Positions 36,247-49,943 of a DNA stretch of 58,176 nt are shown piece after piece. The notes under the pieces are model-generated. The model saw only the letters and a program-made list of their open reading frames with translations. It did not search any database and was not told where the DNA came from. Both the position numbers and the translations under genes were made by a program. The stretch covers positions 1 through 58,176 of the forward strand of contig JAHLWZ010000890.1 of NCBI GenBank assembly GCA_020536535.1, in the 5' to 3' direction. Within the stretch, counting starts at the first letter, position 1, and each line of letters starts with the position of its first letter. The DNA comes from Pelomyxa schiedti. Taxonomy: Eukaryota > Protista > Evosea.

Positions 36247-37443
36247 TCATAGTTCTTGGTGCCATTCCCAGTACCCAGTGGCTCCATTCAACCGAGGCTG
36301 AAAGAACAGTGGACCCCGGAGAAATACGGAATTCCAGGAGGAAATATGTTCTAGATAGAACCGCATAGCAGCTTTCACCTCGGAGACAAAGTGGTCGGGT
36401 TCACACCAGGGTGATGATGAGACTTCCTCCTTGAACTCCGAATCATCCTCAGTGTCAAGGAGGGTCTGAAACTCCTCCTGTCTAGACGGTATTTTAGGGA
36501 ACAGGAAAAAAGTATGCACCGATACATACCCATCGGTACCGGGGGTATACGGAGTTATGCCGACCATACCCGGCCTTCCTTCTCGTGGATATATCTGCGT
36601 TAAATTCTTTTCGTCAGCCCACAGTCTGCCTGTCCTCAGAGGAATCTCTGGGCCGCGTGCATTAGGAGGCCAAAATGCCGGTACTACGGCAAACGAATTT
36701 CCATTGTATGTGGCCGCAATCCCTTGAAGTTTTCTCAGATAACTCAAAAGAGGAATTATGCAATACCCATTGAAATCGGGACAGTGTGACCGTCTTCATC
36801 ATCAGGAATAGGCCGAGAATTCACCTCGAGAACGCAGGCAACTCGAATATTCACAATCACTGGAGACCCAACATTCCAAGCCTCTTGGTTTTTCAGCTCG
36901 CCCACAACTTTTTGAACCAAGTCATCAGACCCGTCCTTGGAGTCGTCATCTGGAATAGCTCCAACCAACCATATCTCAACCACGAAGCTCGAAATTGTAT
37001 TAGCTTCTCCAATGAGTCCGGCTTTGAGCACCTTGGCCAAATCACGGGCACTCCTGCGGGAATCCATGTGTGTACAAGCTATTCTATCAGTCTGAGGGCA
37101 CCTTGCTACTAGCAACAAACAGGTAGTGGCATCATCACTCCCAACAAACTCAAATCCTTCATCCAATCCACAAAAGCATATCTCTAAAGGGCATGTAGGT
37201 ATGTCATACATGCGTTGGAAGAGATGGAGCATGAAAAACAAAGAAGAAGAAAGAGAAACCACGTTTTTGAGAGAGACCATGCAGCTTAAGTTAACCTTTT
37301 TGTCCCACATAGAGACTCCTGGCAGTTAAAGGGACCACTGCTTTCGGAATCTGAGCGAAAGCAACTGAGGACGCGTGCAAATCTGGCACATCGCCGCCAA
37401 AAATCCTCACCCACTTTTCACAACGAACTCGCCAGTCTGCCAT
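36247..37443 (-). CDS. NTAN1: Protein N-terminal asparagine amidohydrolase
   Basis: LYVGQKE, VGSDDATTC..V.R......CTHMD, GPEIPLRTGR, SSSP.CEPDHFV. Confidence 0.88.
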
Positions 37444-37786
37444 GGCTCCTCGAGGAGGCGAAAAGAAACGGTTTTTAAAATTACTTGTACTTCTGGGAAT
37501 GCCCATCAATGCGGGTATCTTACAAACAACCAGAAGCCCCTCGGCTGTGGGCTTCGTGCCAATCTCTTTTTTGATTTGGGGAAAGACTGGTGGTCCTGCT
37601 GGAGACCATCCGGATTCTTTACAATAGAATTTAGAAAGAATCGGAAATTCATAGGGTTAAACCTCAACTTTGGTGCAGCAAAGAGGCAAATTTACTGCCC
37701 ACCTAATTTTGGTAAATAAAAGTCCTGTGCTTTGGCAGGCAGCAGGCCTTGCGTATTTCATCAAAAACCGGGTGTAAAAGGGCCAA

Positions 37787-38654
37787 ATGATGACACCGGA
37801 GAGCCTTGCGGATGACTATTCGGAGGTGATCGATGATTCCTTCGCCATTCTGAAAGCTGACGTTCTGTGTGACTACGAGAATTTGCCAGGCGATCCACAC
37901 CCTCCCGTGATGAAGGAGGGTCAAACCTGTCAAAATAATTGGGAGACTTACAGTGACACTGGGGTCGTTTGTGTCAAGAAAACTTGGAAATCTGATAATG
38001 ATGTGGCTCCATGCTATAAAGCCGTTGGGATAATTCCAAATTGTACACCAGATGACATTCTGAGCCAAGTGATCCTTAATCCGGATGATAATTGCATTCG
38101 GGTTTGTGCTTTTTGGTTAAACTTAGCGTGAATAGAGACTGATTAAGAGTAGGTTTGGAATCCAACGCATGCTGGATATAAAGTTATTTGCGAAACAGAC
38201 AGAAGTGATCTCAGGCACGTGAGACTTTTCATTCTCAAGCAAGATGGAGGCCTAATGGCAGTTGTCAGTCCCAGGTAAACTTTTTTGTTTTTTTGCCAAG
38301 GAAACTACCACTCATTTCATTCCAGAGATTTCGGGCAACTCAGTGCGTGGGTCAAAGAAGATGGCCGAATATGGTACATGACAACTTCAGTGGATGATGA
38401 ATCCGTCAATGAACCAAATCCCGGCTATGTAAGGGGCACTGTGTGGCCGTCTGGATTCATGCTTGAGCCAGTACCCAATAGCAACGCAACCAGGGTGCAT
38501 TACACAATGCATGCTGATTTGGCTGGTTCTTTACCGAGATGGATCATTGATTGGGTATGACCTTCCAATGAGATAAGGTGCCCTACTAATGAAGTGACAG
38601 GCAATTCCACCCCAAATGACCAGTTTTTTCACGTTGGCTGCACAACTGTTGTAA
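37787..38654 (+). CDS. START-domain lipid-transfer protein
   Basis: VSPRDFGQL, PGYVRGTVWPSGFMLEP, TRVHYTMHADLAGSLPRWIIDW. Confidence 0.88.
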
Positions 38655-38935
38655 GTTTGTTTGTAAAAGTACTATTCATTGTGGGTGCTTCCAGTGCTCA
38701 GCATCTTTATCGTTGCCAGGCATTGTAGCTCCAATGTAGTCGTGCACAAAAAAAAAAGTTTTCTCCAAGCAGTGGGGTGAAGGTGTTGAAGCTTGGCCCA
38801 ACAACATGACCAAGCCACATCATCATAATTTGAAAAAAAAATCTGAACATGTGATAAAATTCCCCGAAACACACATTGGAACAAAAAACAATTAACTTGT
38901 AGTGCTGCGCGTCGGAGGCACCTGGTGAAGTCAAG

Positions 38936-41900
38936 ATGTCGTACGACAGGTACTCAAAGTGCCATTTGCCAAACAAACCAAAGAAACAAAAGCAAACGAG
39001 CGATTGATTGATTGCGTGCCATAACTACAGGAGGAGTGACAACCGACCCAGTGAGCGTGAAAGCAGATACCAGCAGAGTGACAGCGGAGGCGGGGGCTAC
39101 CACGACGACTACCAATCGAGGGGAGGAGGATACCGTGGTGGTGGCGGTGGAGGTGGATCGTACAGAGGGCGAGGTGGAGGAGGGGGTAGGTATCGCGGGG
39201 ACGGAGGTAGTCGCTCCCCGGAGGGTGTCAAGCCCGCTCCTCACTACACTCTCCCTCAGCAGGTTTCATTTCCCCTTGTGCTTGGGGCAGTGCTTTTGTT
39301 TTTTTTTGTTGTTGTTGTTGTTGTTGTTGTTTTTGTTTGCTTTGTTTTGTTTTGTTTTTTAACCCTCGTCTCTACTGTAAAAGCCACCACCTGTGTGCCC
39401 ACTGCTTATCACTTTGGGAGATAAAGAGCAGCTTGGAGCACAAACTCTGGAAAGGTGTAACGGAGCTAATTTTTTTTTCCCCCCCCCCCTGACTATATTT
39501 GTAGTAAGTTAGAGGATGCCATCCCAATTATTCTAAGTGATTATGCCAAAAATCAGGAAGCTTTCATAGATTTACTGATGCAATGGCAAGCTTTCCTATT
39601 AACTTCGTCCATAGTAATGTCATTCAGTGTGTGCTTCATTCCAATTAAGACCCACATTTATGCCACTGTTGTGGGTCTGGCAAGAATAGAAAATAGAGAA
39701 TTCGGCGAAAAAGTCGTTTCCAAGCTGCAAGAAGAGTTGCAGGTTTTCTCCCACACTACTATATTTGTGGCTCATTGGAAATCCAAGGATTCGTTTACTA
39801 CCATGAAGGATACGCGCACATGTAAATTACTCCTGCGGTTTTTGGCAGAGCTTGTAAATGCCTCGGTAATTGCATCTGCTGTAATGCTCAAGGTATAATC
39901 AATTTTCGTATTACCACCGACACCCGTATATAGACGTTTGATATTTTATTATCATCATTGCAAGAAAAAGATCAACCACGGCCGAGATCCGATTTCTTTC
40001 TATACCTCATTATGGCTACACTTCCCTGGGTATGTAAAGACTTGGTATCCCAGCTCATGCAACCTAGGTAGCCCGTACATTAGTTCAGACGGACAGGGAG
40101 GCTGTAACCAACATTCTCAACCACATTGAAGAACAAATGTCTGGCAGGGCTGATTCTATTTCTGCTTTATCTGTCTGGGAGGATGAGGTATCTCAGTAGG
40201 AACACAAATGAAATCCCAACTTCATTCAGGGTGTCGACTACTTGCAATGGGTATGGCAACAAACAGCTAAAGCAAACGACTGTAACTGGCACACTGATAC
40301 AATTTTGCAACCCTACACACACTTCTTGGATAAGCTGTCTGTTTCACGGCACCACAGCTACACTTCATTTTTGACAATCCCTCCTAATGTTCAACACTTA
40401 AAGAGTCGATTAATTCTCACACTTGTCCAGAGATCAGACTATATCTACCCTAAGCGGAAGGCTACATTTTTTATTCTAGCAGCTGAATCTGAAACGGTAA
40501 GATAAACTGACGGTAAGATTTTCAAAGTGTACATTGTCTGACCTTCTCGTAGGCCCCTTTAGATCGTTTCATAGCAGAGGAATACATTGTTGATACACTG
40601 TTTTATTTCAACGCTTCTCCCAAGGATGCAATAAAACAACTTATGCAACTGTCATCCTTCACTGATGCTGCAGTGATAATGGAAGTAATGCATTTCATCA
40701 AATTGCCATTCACTCACCACTTCAAGGTAATATTTGCGCAAATGTTTCAGCTACCAAGCCCTCCATTTCGACTACTTTACTATGGAGTACTGATTGCCGA
40801 ACTATGTAAAGTTGATAAAATTTTCGTATCCCTGGTAAGGTAATAACACTTCATTTGGCCAACTAATTTCTCTTAGATGGTAAAATCAACTGACGTGCTT
40901 TTTAATCATCTCGAAACAATGGATGCGGAATGTGTGGACAGGTTTTCTGAATGGTTTTCCTGGCACTTGACAAACTTCGATCACCTGTGGGGTTGGGCTT
41001 CATGGTACAAATTCCATTATCCTGTTCCTTTTTTAGTTCTCACTCAACACAGGGATGCTGTGCTCCATCAGCCTGAAATTCCTTCAGCCAAAACGAGTTT
41101 TGTTCGTGATACACTTGAGCATTGTGTGTGCCTATCGTATTGGGAGCGGGTGCAAAGAGCAATACCACCAGCATTTATGGTTTTTATGCCTGCAAAACCC
41201 ACCCCCTCTTTTCCTTGGGGATTATCGTCTGCTGATCAAGTACGTGCTGACCAATCACTGGGCCAGATGGCAGCAAAGATGTTGGAAAAACTTCAATCGA
41301 AGACAGCATCTGATCAGGTTGCTTTTTTTTTTTTGGGTGACGTCAGAATGACCCTTCTTTCAGTTGAAGAAATGGCTAGACTCAATTGTTTGTGACGGTG
41401 GCGTTTCTGTGGATTCACGGCTAAGCTTATTCATTTTCTGTGTGTTGCACATTGGGTCCAAAAGTATCAGCCATCTAACTGCACCTCTTGAAAGGTGAAT
41501 TCCTTCAAATATGACTTTTTGTTTAAGTAACCTGTAGGTACCATCAATTATTGGGAGCCTACATTACATCAGCAGCTGACCGGCAAAAAGTTCTTTCCTG
41601 TATAGTAACATATTGGCTCCATTCTACGCAACGTCAACAAATCAGCATAGAGAGGTTTTTAGCATACAAATTACTGGATCCTCAGTCAGTAATAAATTGG
41701 ATTTTTTCTGGACAGCAGCTGGAGTCTCTAGTTCGGTAGGTCCCTTTCACCTGCTTCTAACTGTAGAAGGCAAAAGTAATCCAAAATAAGGTTCCATCCT
41801 TGGAGAATCCTCTATCATGTTATCTTTCAAAAACTTGCTGCGCCATCTGCTTCCTTAAATAGCGCCGCAGTAAACAAAACAGGCACTGGTGTACCATCTA

Positions 41901-42424
41901 CCCCTACAAAATCTTCTTCCACCACACCTATAACCAAGTCAACTGCAACAACACCCAGTAGCACCTCAACAAGTTCTACAACCTCTTCCACCCCTTCCAC
42001 CTCATCTACAACTATAACTGCAACCACAACATCGGCATCTATGGAAACTGAGGAAACCCGAAAACCCAACACCGATTCTGATACAGTTGAGCTGCAGGAG
42101 TGTCTGAATCTTGTATTACAGGTTCATACCCAGGTGCCAAGCATTCAATTCTAATCATTATTAGAATTTTGCCACAGTCCTTTCTGACCACCTAGACAAA
42201 TTGAAAGAGGAACCTGACTCGTTTTGGTACCGGAAAACCTTGGGCCACCTTCGTGCATTCCTCAGAAGGGTATGCCATCCCGCATTTCGATACTTATTCA
42301 CAAAAAAAAGTTCTGGAACGAGTTACAAGGAAATGTTGGACAAATGCAACACAAGTTCTCTGTCAACCCACGTCTCTCACACGACTTCTCAGGAATCCTG
42401 GAAGCTGTTTCACACACAAACTGA
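38936..42424 (+). CDS. NCBP1: Nuclear cap-binding protein subunit 1 (CBP80)
   Basis: PIKTHIYATVVGL, KLLLRFLAELVN, DRFIAEEYIVD, IFAQMFQLPSPP...YYGVLIAELCK, MDAECVDRFSEWFSWHLTNF..WGW, LSYWERV, GSKSISH; RGG-rich N-terminus. Confidence 0.93.
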
Positions 42425-42497
42425 CCACTCCCACGGTCACACCCTTTTTTTTGGCTTCTGTATTGTGTTTTCTCAACACGAATTACTTTCTTGTTAT

Positions 42498-43811
42498 TCA
42501 CAGAAGCGCAAACAGTGTTGTTACTGCGGTTCCTTTTACACAGCAGGTATGTGAGGAGTGACTTTTTTGAAGAACGGGGTGGGTTTGGCTCCCAAAGTTA
42601 GTAAGAAAGCCACAGCAGGCTCTTTCTGATTCTTCCTCAAAAGGTTGAACATAGCAGGGCATGGTGGGATGGTTGGTGACATCAAACACCAAGTGGGCGT
42701 TTTGGGAGCTCATAGACCAGTAAGGGCCGGTAAGGCATGCTGGAGAGCCAGCGGGTTTGAAATTGATGAGCTGGAAGGATACCTCGGCGGTGTTGCGGCA
42801 GCAAACAAACTGCAAAGTGTGCTGACTTCCCTTTGCAATGATCAGATAGATTCCGTCGATGTTCCAGAACAAGTGGTGACCTGCGTAGGCAATGGACGAG
42901 GCAAGATGAATTCGGGAGAGAATCGCCACTGATCCTTGGGACCATGTCCTGGCAATATCAATGGTCTCAAAAGTCTGGTGATAGGAACCGTAGGAGCAGC
43001 GGTAAAGCAATAGGTGACCGTTAGGTTCCAGCTTCAACTCCAAGGAGAAACATGGATCAAAAGATACATGAACAGGTGCTGTTGGGTTCTTTACGGTGTC
43101 TCTGAGAACCCTCCACATAAAGAGGTCTGTCTGCCGTGGCTTCCCCGGGACAGCGATTACTACCCAATTCCTGTCACACACGCAGCACAGGGTGTCACGG
43201 CCCGCGTCGTGCAGAGAGAGGCGCCGCTTGGTGACCACATTCTTGAGATAGACAGACATGTCGGTTCTGAGGTATGGCGCGACGTGTGCCTCCGGGAAGT
43301 GGAGTGCCACAGAGTCGGATATCCAGCCCAAGAAGCTGCCCTTGGACTGGGACGGGATCGCACTCGGGACTCCCCCGACCAGACCCATGGTCAGCGAGAC
43401 CCGCAAGTGAATCCACAGCTCCTTCTCGTCGTCGTCGCGCTTGGGGGCCTCCTTGACCAGCTGGTACTCCGCTGGGGGGTCGGCGGGCCCGGGGGCGCTG
43501 CGCGGCGGAGGAGGAGGAGCGGGGGGCGGGGGGATCAGCAGGGACACCGGGCAGGGGGTGCCCCGGGGCCAGAGGACCCAGTCCTTGCCGATCTGGGACA
43601 ACGCGATGGGGTGGAGCACGCGGGCGCGGCTGCGGGCGCCGCAGCGAGGCAGCAGGCAGCCGCACAGCGCGGCAATCTGCGAGCGGGCGGAAACCCACGA
43701 AGCCAGGGCCCAGCGAGGCAGCGGTCGGTGTGCCCCTATGCCATCGCCATCTCTATCGACACCGCCTGTCCCTGTCGCTGCCCCTAATTCAAAAGGTGTT
43801 GTTCTGATCAT
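42498..43811 (-). CDS. Intronless hypothetical protein of a probable lineage-expanded family
   Basis: 437-aa uninterrupted ORF with an N-terminal ARSQIAALCGCLLPRCGARSRARVL motif followed by a beta-rich region. Confidence 0.7.
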   Translation of the reverse strand: MIRTTPFELGAATGTGGVDRDGDGIGAHRPLPRWALASWVSARSQIAALCGCLLPRCGARSRARVLHPIALSQIGKDWVLWPRGTPCPVSLLIPPPPAPPPPPRSAPGPADPPAEYQLVKEAPKRDDDEKELWIHLRVSLTMGLVGGVPSAIPSQSKGSFLGWISDSVALHFPEAHVAPYLRTDMSVYLKNVVTKRRLSLHDAGRDTLCCVCDRNWVVIAVPGKPRQTDLFMWRVLRDTVKNPTAPVHVSFDPCFSLELKLEPNGHLLLYRCSYGSYHQTFETIDIARTWSQGSVAILSRIHLASSIAYAGHHLFWNIDGIYLIIAKGSQHTLQFVCCRNTAEVSFQLINFKPAGSPACLTGPYWSMSSQNAHLVFDVTNHPTMPCYVQPFEEESERACCGFLTNFGSQTHPVLQKSHSSHTCCVKGTAVTTLFALL

Positions 43812-43942
43812 CTCAGGAAACCGCTTAGTGATCTAGAATTCCTGACCCAATGCAACACTGGCAACAACAAGTTTTCTCTTTAGATAAAAGAGCTCCGAAT
43901 TTATTTCGAAAAAGTTAAACTCCAAAAAAAGAGGCTGCAACC

Positions 43943-46359
43943 TCAATCCTTACCAGTGACAACCGTTACTTTCACATCCTTGTCAGCATCAGTTGTGGGT
44001 GGAGGTGTGGAATCAGTGGCTTTCTGATCAGAGCTGTGGACTTCAACAACCTTGTCATTGTGTGTGTGCTCAGCATTGCTCTCTGCCGGTGTTTGCTCTG
44101 ATTCAACCTTCTCAGGAATAACAATTTCCACTTCGTCGTCACTGGTTTTCTCTTCAACAAGGGGTGTGGTCTCATCCACATTTGACTTCATGTTCCTCAC
44201 ATCGAACTTTTTCCAAAATATGGCCAGGAGCACCGCACTACAAAGAACCAGTACTGTGCATGTCAAAAAGACTGACAGTCCATTCCCATAGTAGTCATCA
44301 TACAGCAGCGTAGTCCACTCAACTGAGGCAATGATGGGCCCAACAAACCTGGCAGCACAGCCCGCAACTCCCAACCATCCCATTTGTTGCCTTAGTGTTG
44401 ATTGAGGAACAAGCTTGCTGAAAACAGCTAAGACGGAATTGAGGCAGACAGGGTATGATATTCCAAGCAGAAGAGCTCCGGTGCAGAATTGTGCCAATGT
44501 GTCCTTGACTTGTGCGGGATACCAGCAGGTCATACACATGGTGCATGCGAGAAGTACAAACAGACCGACTCCTATCGCGATGCGGTCGTCCACTTTTTGC
44601 ACCCATTTCAGGGAGAGTAGGGCGAATATAATCACACTGATGACACCAACTGCTCCAAAAAGTAGACCATTCTCGGCAGCAGTCCAGTCAAAGTAATTTT
44701 GTGTGATGGCCGTTCCAAGGCACTCAAATACAGAGAGAACGTAGAAAACGAATGTGTAGATAGCAATCAAGGCGATAGTGGGAAGATTTACCAATGGCTT
44801 CTTTTTGTTATCCTTAGGCTCTGGCCTGATGGGAACCTATCACTGGAATTAGAATGAAAGGGAGAGACTCTCAACACTGGGCAACCTCCTTAAAGGTCAC
44901 AAGAACTAGAATAAAGTTGAAGATGCCAAAAATTATGCCCATGTACCCTGGCCAAGTATTCATGTCAATGAGAAACGGTCCAACCCAGAAATCGACTGTG
45001 TAAAACATAATTCCCACAAGAGGCGCAATCAGCATTCCTACACCCTAACGAGCATAAGTTTAAACTTGGAGAGTATGTGTATTTATACTTGTGCTGCATT
45101 GAGAATAGAAAAAATTGTGTTTCGCTCTTCCATTGGGGATACTTCAGCAGCATATGCTCTTTTTATTGATGATATTAAAACTACTATCACGAGGTAAGGT
45201 GGTTACCTGCAAGGTGTGATATTTCCTGCTCCAATTCCTTGTATAAAGCGCGCTATGAACATCGTAATGTGTGCTGCCCATGGCCTGCCCGGGATCATTG
45301 GCAAGCAGACATACAAAATGCATCCAGCTACAGTCATGGCGCAACCGCCGAGAATGGAGACCTTGTTTCCTTGTTTTGCTGCCCAAATGGCAAATAGGCC
45401 AACACCTACTAGCTGTCCACCAGCGTATGCGGAACAATCTATACCGTACATCCAACCGTCATCAACTGTAGCCTGGGTACTGCCACTCAAAGAACCGGAA
45501 ATAGATGTGCTACTAGATGACGGCCAATATGAAAGATACTGAAAATACCTGAAATATGTTCGGTTTAAGAGATAGATTTGGGAATATCCACAAACTTTCA
45601 CAGGAGGAAGAAAGGAAAAAAAAAAAAAAAACGTGTATGTAACACCCCAAGCAACAACCATGGAAAGGAAGGCATTAAAAGTAGCAGATACTATTAAAAC
45701 CAAGAATATACACCCATAACTACAAACCAAAGCATCGTAGGCAAAACCACGGTGAGGTTCATGCTCTGCATGAAAGTAGTCAAGTATACCGTGATCAGCG
45801 GCAGCGACGCCCTCTTGAACGTGACCTTCCTCGGCCTGCCGTCGTCGTACGGCGCGTACAGCGTGAGGGCCGTCGGCGGCAGCGCCTTGCCCGGCGTGCC
45901 CTCGCCCTTGCCGTCGTCGTCGCTCCCGCTGCCGTCGCCGTCGTCGCCGGCCTGCTTCGAGGGCGGCGGCGGGGGCTCCACGTCGCTCGTCTGCGTCTCG
46001 GCGACAAGCTTGGCGGGCTTGGGGCCCGCGGGGGCGCTGCTGCTGTAGCTGCCGCCGTCGTCGTCGTCGCCGCGCGAGTAGAAGGAGGTGGCCGCGGCGA
46101 CCGCGGCCGCGGCGGCATTGTGGGACGCGCCGACGTCGTACCCCCCGCCGGCGACGTGTCTCCTCGAAGACGACGGGTGCGTAGACGACGAGTCCGAGTA
46201 CGACGCCGAGGCCGAGGACGACGACGACGAGTGGTGGTTGTGGCTGTGGCCGTGGCCGTGGCCGTGGTGTTGCTGTGCTGGTTCTGTTTTCTTGATGTCG
46301 AAGTCGATCTCCACCGCCTCCTGGACGATACCCCTCTTGTGCCTGGCGCTGCTGGACAT
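43943..46359 (-). CDS. MFS transporter (MFSD8/CLN7-like) with long low-complexity N-terminus
   Basis: About 12 hydrophobic segments; FMQSMNLTVVLPTMLW, ARFIQGIGAGN, MNTWPGY, QMGWLGVAGCAARFVGP. Confidence 0.88.
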
Positions 46360-46606
46360 TTGCTGTTGGTGATGTGTGGTGTTTCTTACTGAACAACGAC
46401 GGAAGGCGAAATCCAAAAAAAAAGTGGGAAGGGTAACACGGTTCTTCGCAGAAGTTAAAAGTTTCCGGTTTTATTTGCTTCTTTGTGATCTGGAGTTTTT
46501 GACGACTGTGGAAGAACGTGGGTGGGAACGGAGTGCCACAAAAGGCTTTTTTGTTTACTTCAAGATGATTTCTTTTCATTGTCATATTTTCCGCTTAAAT
46601 TATGGC

Positions 46607-49600
46607 TCATAACACCTTGTTATTTAGACTTTGTACATGGAAGAAGCTTTGCAATGTCTGAAAGCTTAGTGGTCTTTCCTCCTGCGGGTCATCAACCACA
46701 GGCACATTACTGCGCAGCAGCATGAACCCTATTAGGGAATCAGAACTAACGTAAGGACTCTTTACAGAACATACACATAGAGCGGTGTTGGAAATTCCTG
46801 TGCCTCCTTTGGGGGAGCAAAAACTGGGGAGGAGACTCAGCTGTTTGTTGACGGAATCAATGGTGTCAGAGGTTGGTACTGTTTTGTGGACTGGATGAAG
46901 CAGTGGTTTACCCATTGCGGTAAATGAAGGCAAGGATGGAAGCTGGACTGTTATGTGCCGGGATTCTAAGTCCATTCGGAGATTACTTATATCTGTCTGT
47001 GCCTGTACCAGTTGACGGCTGGTACATTCGTGTAGACGTTTCTCCTCATCTAAGAGTCTCTGAAACTCTCGCACATCATCAAGAGCTGCAGCAAGACGCG
47101 TAGTAATATATTCGTTTTTCTTCCCAAGATCTTCAATCTCGCTCTTTGCTTGAGCAAGCATCCCTTCTAGTTTATTTACATAGTCGGGCATGGCCGGTTG
47201 ATTGATTCCAGATGACGTTTCAGTTAATTTTTGCTCAAACTGCACCACTTTTTCATGAGCTTGAAGAACTTCTTGCTCCAGTTTGTGAATGTTTTCAGTA
47301 GCTGCAATTAACGCAGCTTGATGTTCCGAACTCTGTCTTGACTGTACTTCAGTGATTATATCAGCAATTTGTTGTGTATGGACCGCCTTGGTACTCTCCA
47401 AGAGCTCTTGTTGGTTAGAAAGTTCTTTCTTCAGTTCCTGGCATATCTGTTTGGTCTGCTCTAGTTCTGTTTGGGTAGCTTTCAACTCACTTTTTGCTTT
47501 GGAAGCTTCCTGAAGCAGTTCTACGCGTTCCGCTTCAAACCTTTTCGAGCCTTCTGACAGTTCTGAGGTCACTTGGTCGCAGCGTTCTTGTAATATTTGT
47601 TGCGAGCGAAGAGCAGAGGCCAGATTGTCTTCTGTTTGTTTGTGTAAATGACTCAGTCCAATAAATTCTGCCTCTATTGCGTTCTTCGCCTCTGTTGCTT
47701 GTTTTACTGCAGCTTCCAGGAGTGCCTGGCGTTGCGGTGTTGGAGGTGGCTTGGTGGAATCCTGTTGAAGCATCATTAGCTGCTGAACCGCTGACTTCAA
47801 CTTTGGGGGTGTTTGGGGAGGAAACAAAGGTGCTAGAACGGGGGACGTTGAGTGCGAAGGAGATGGAGGATTCCCTGTTGGAGTTGATGGGAAGAGCGGA
47901 TTTTCTGTTTCCGAAGACTGTTTTCCCCGAGAAGCACACTCAGCTTCAAGCTTTGCATACATTTCCTGACTGGCATGTAGTTTCCTCATTGTAGCTTCGT
48001 TGGCGTTGTGCAGTTGCACAATATTCTGTTCCAGAAGTGAAACGCGACCTTTCATTTGCTTGGTTTGCAAGTCGAATTGGGCTTCTTTCGTTTTCAGATC
48101 AGCAAGGGTTTTAGTGGATTTTCCTTGGAGGTCTTTGTACTTCGCTTGCTCATTTTCCAGTGCTAACTGAAGAGTGGAAATTCTTGTTACATTCACTGCC
48201 TGCTGCTGCTCCAGTTTAAGCTGAAGCTGTTGTGTCTTGGTCTTTTCATCGCGAAGGAGAATCTCATTTTCCTCCGCAATGTCCTGCAACCTTTTGTGGT
48301 CTTCCTCAAATTTTTTGCATCGTGTCTGCCAATATGACAGGTCCTCTGTGTTTCCTCCAGGTGTTCCTTGCTCGGAAGGTAAGGGTGAGCCCTAGAAATC
48401 AATTAGTTAGGAGAAAATGAAAAAATCACACACCACTGTGGTTGCAGGTCCCCGTGTTTGATGATCGTCTGTGTTGTCAGCAGGTGAGACATTTGGTATT
48501 TCTTCAATATGCAAGAGGTTTTTACCAGTTTCTTCAGTCCTCTTCAGCTTTAAAAGGTCTTTCAGTCTCTGCTCGTTAGCTTCTGAGCATGAAAGCTGAA
48601 GTTTTAGAGTCTGTAGAGTTTTAGTTTTATTTAACTAAATTTTATCTCACCTCCATTTGGGCCTGCAACTTACTGTAAAGCACCGTCAAGTCATTAGGAT
48701 TGCTCTGAGACCTAACGTGGAAAAAAATTAACCTAAATTCGCTGTAATCCACTCTCTTACAGGGGAGCTTCCTCTTGTAAATGGGCACTTGATTCTTGTG
48801 CATGGTCCATATCTTTGGGAGGAGCAGACCCACTTTCTTGTGCCTCTGTTCCACTGTCGTGTAACATGGCTTCAGGGCTCTTATCTATTGGCTCTTTTTT
48901 TTTTTTTAAGTTCATTTTCAATTGGGAACTTGAAAAAGACCTGTAGTTACTGTTTCTGAAGAAGTGCCCGCTTCGGCTTCGTCTTCAGAAGGGTCAGTGG
49001 GTTTTAGTCTGTCACTGACCACAGGAGAAACAACCATTGCCGGAAAAATGTGATAGAACAACTCTCGTTCTGCATCTTGTGTGTCTGGTTTAAATCCAAC
49101 AGACTGGAAAAGAGCTGCTATAGAGTCGGCATGAGGGTCACTGTAAGGTAAAATTATCAGTAAACAGATATTGGGCAGTCTAAGTGCAATACTTACACTC
49201 TTAGAAGTTCCAGAGCTTCACTTAATTCCTTGCGATTCAAACGGCCATCTTTATCAACGTCACATATGTCAAAAACTGCACGGGCTCTGTCCTGTAAAGA
49301 ATTGAGTTGGCATAATAACGCAATCAGCAACTAACTGTGAGAAATTCCGCAGCCAAGCCCACAAGTGTAACAAAAGAAACAACTTTTGTTCCTTCCAAGT
49401 GAACAGTAATATCACCCACCTTTTCATACGGTGGTGACAACTCACTGAGCCTCTAGAGGAAAAAGGGTGTCACAATACAATACAAGAGAATATGCAAAGC
49501 AATAAAAACACAAAAGGTTGTATTACCCTGAAAACTTCAACAACACCCGAAACTTGCATGTACTTTTGTTCCTTACTTGTAGCTTCACTTGCCATCTTTT

Positions 49601-49885
49601 TATTGTTTTATTACTGGCGCTGTGTGCTAGTTGTTCCCTTGTGGTTCTTTTTGAAATTTGTATGTTTTACGGAAAAAAAGTTTTGTGTTGTGCACTCAAG
49701 GAGAACCAATATGTGTGCAAGATTTTGCATTTGGACTTGATCACCTTGAGATCAAATCTATTGAATTGTAATCAACATTCGGGCTGTTGCCTTCTTGTTT
49801 AGGGTTAAGTGTACCCCGCCTGATTCCGGGAAGGAATGAGGTCGGTGGGTACTACGAGCACAAAGGGTTGTTTTTGTTGTGGCAT
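46607..49885 (-). CDS. EF-hand + long coiled-coil protein; 5' exons approximate
   Basis: Exon ARAVFDICDVDKDGRLNRKELSEAL (canonical EF loop) at ~49200-49290; 560-aa coiled-coil ORF 46607..48289. Confidence 0.65.
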
Positions 49886-49943
49886 TGAGTTCCAATTTAG
49901 TGAATATGAATAACTTTTAATACAGTTGGGATACATAAAACAA

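Noticed and set aside
8218-42424. Alternative genetic code or stop readthrough to explain fragmented ORFs
   Set aside because: Breaks in Ras, the CDK, MVD and NCBP1 are resolved by short spliceosomal introns under the standard code.
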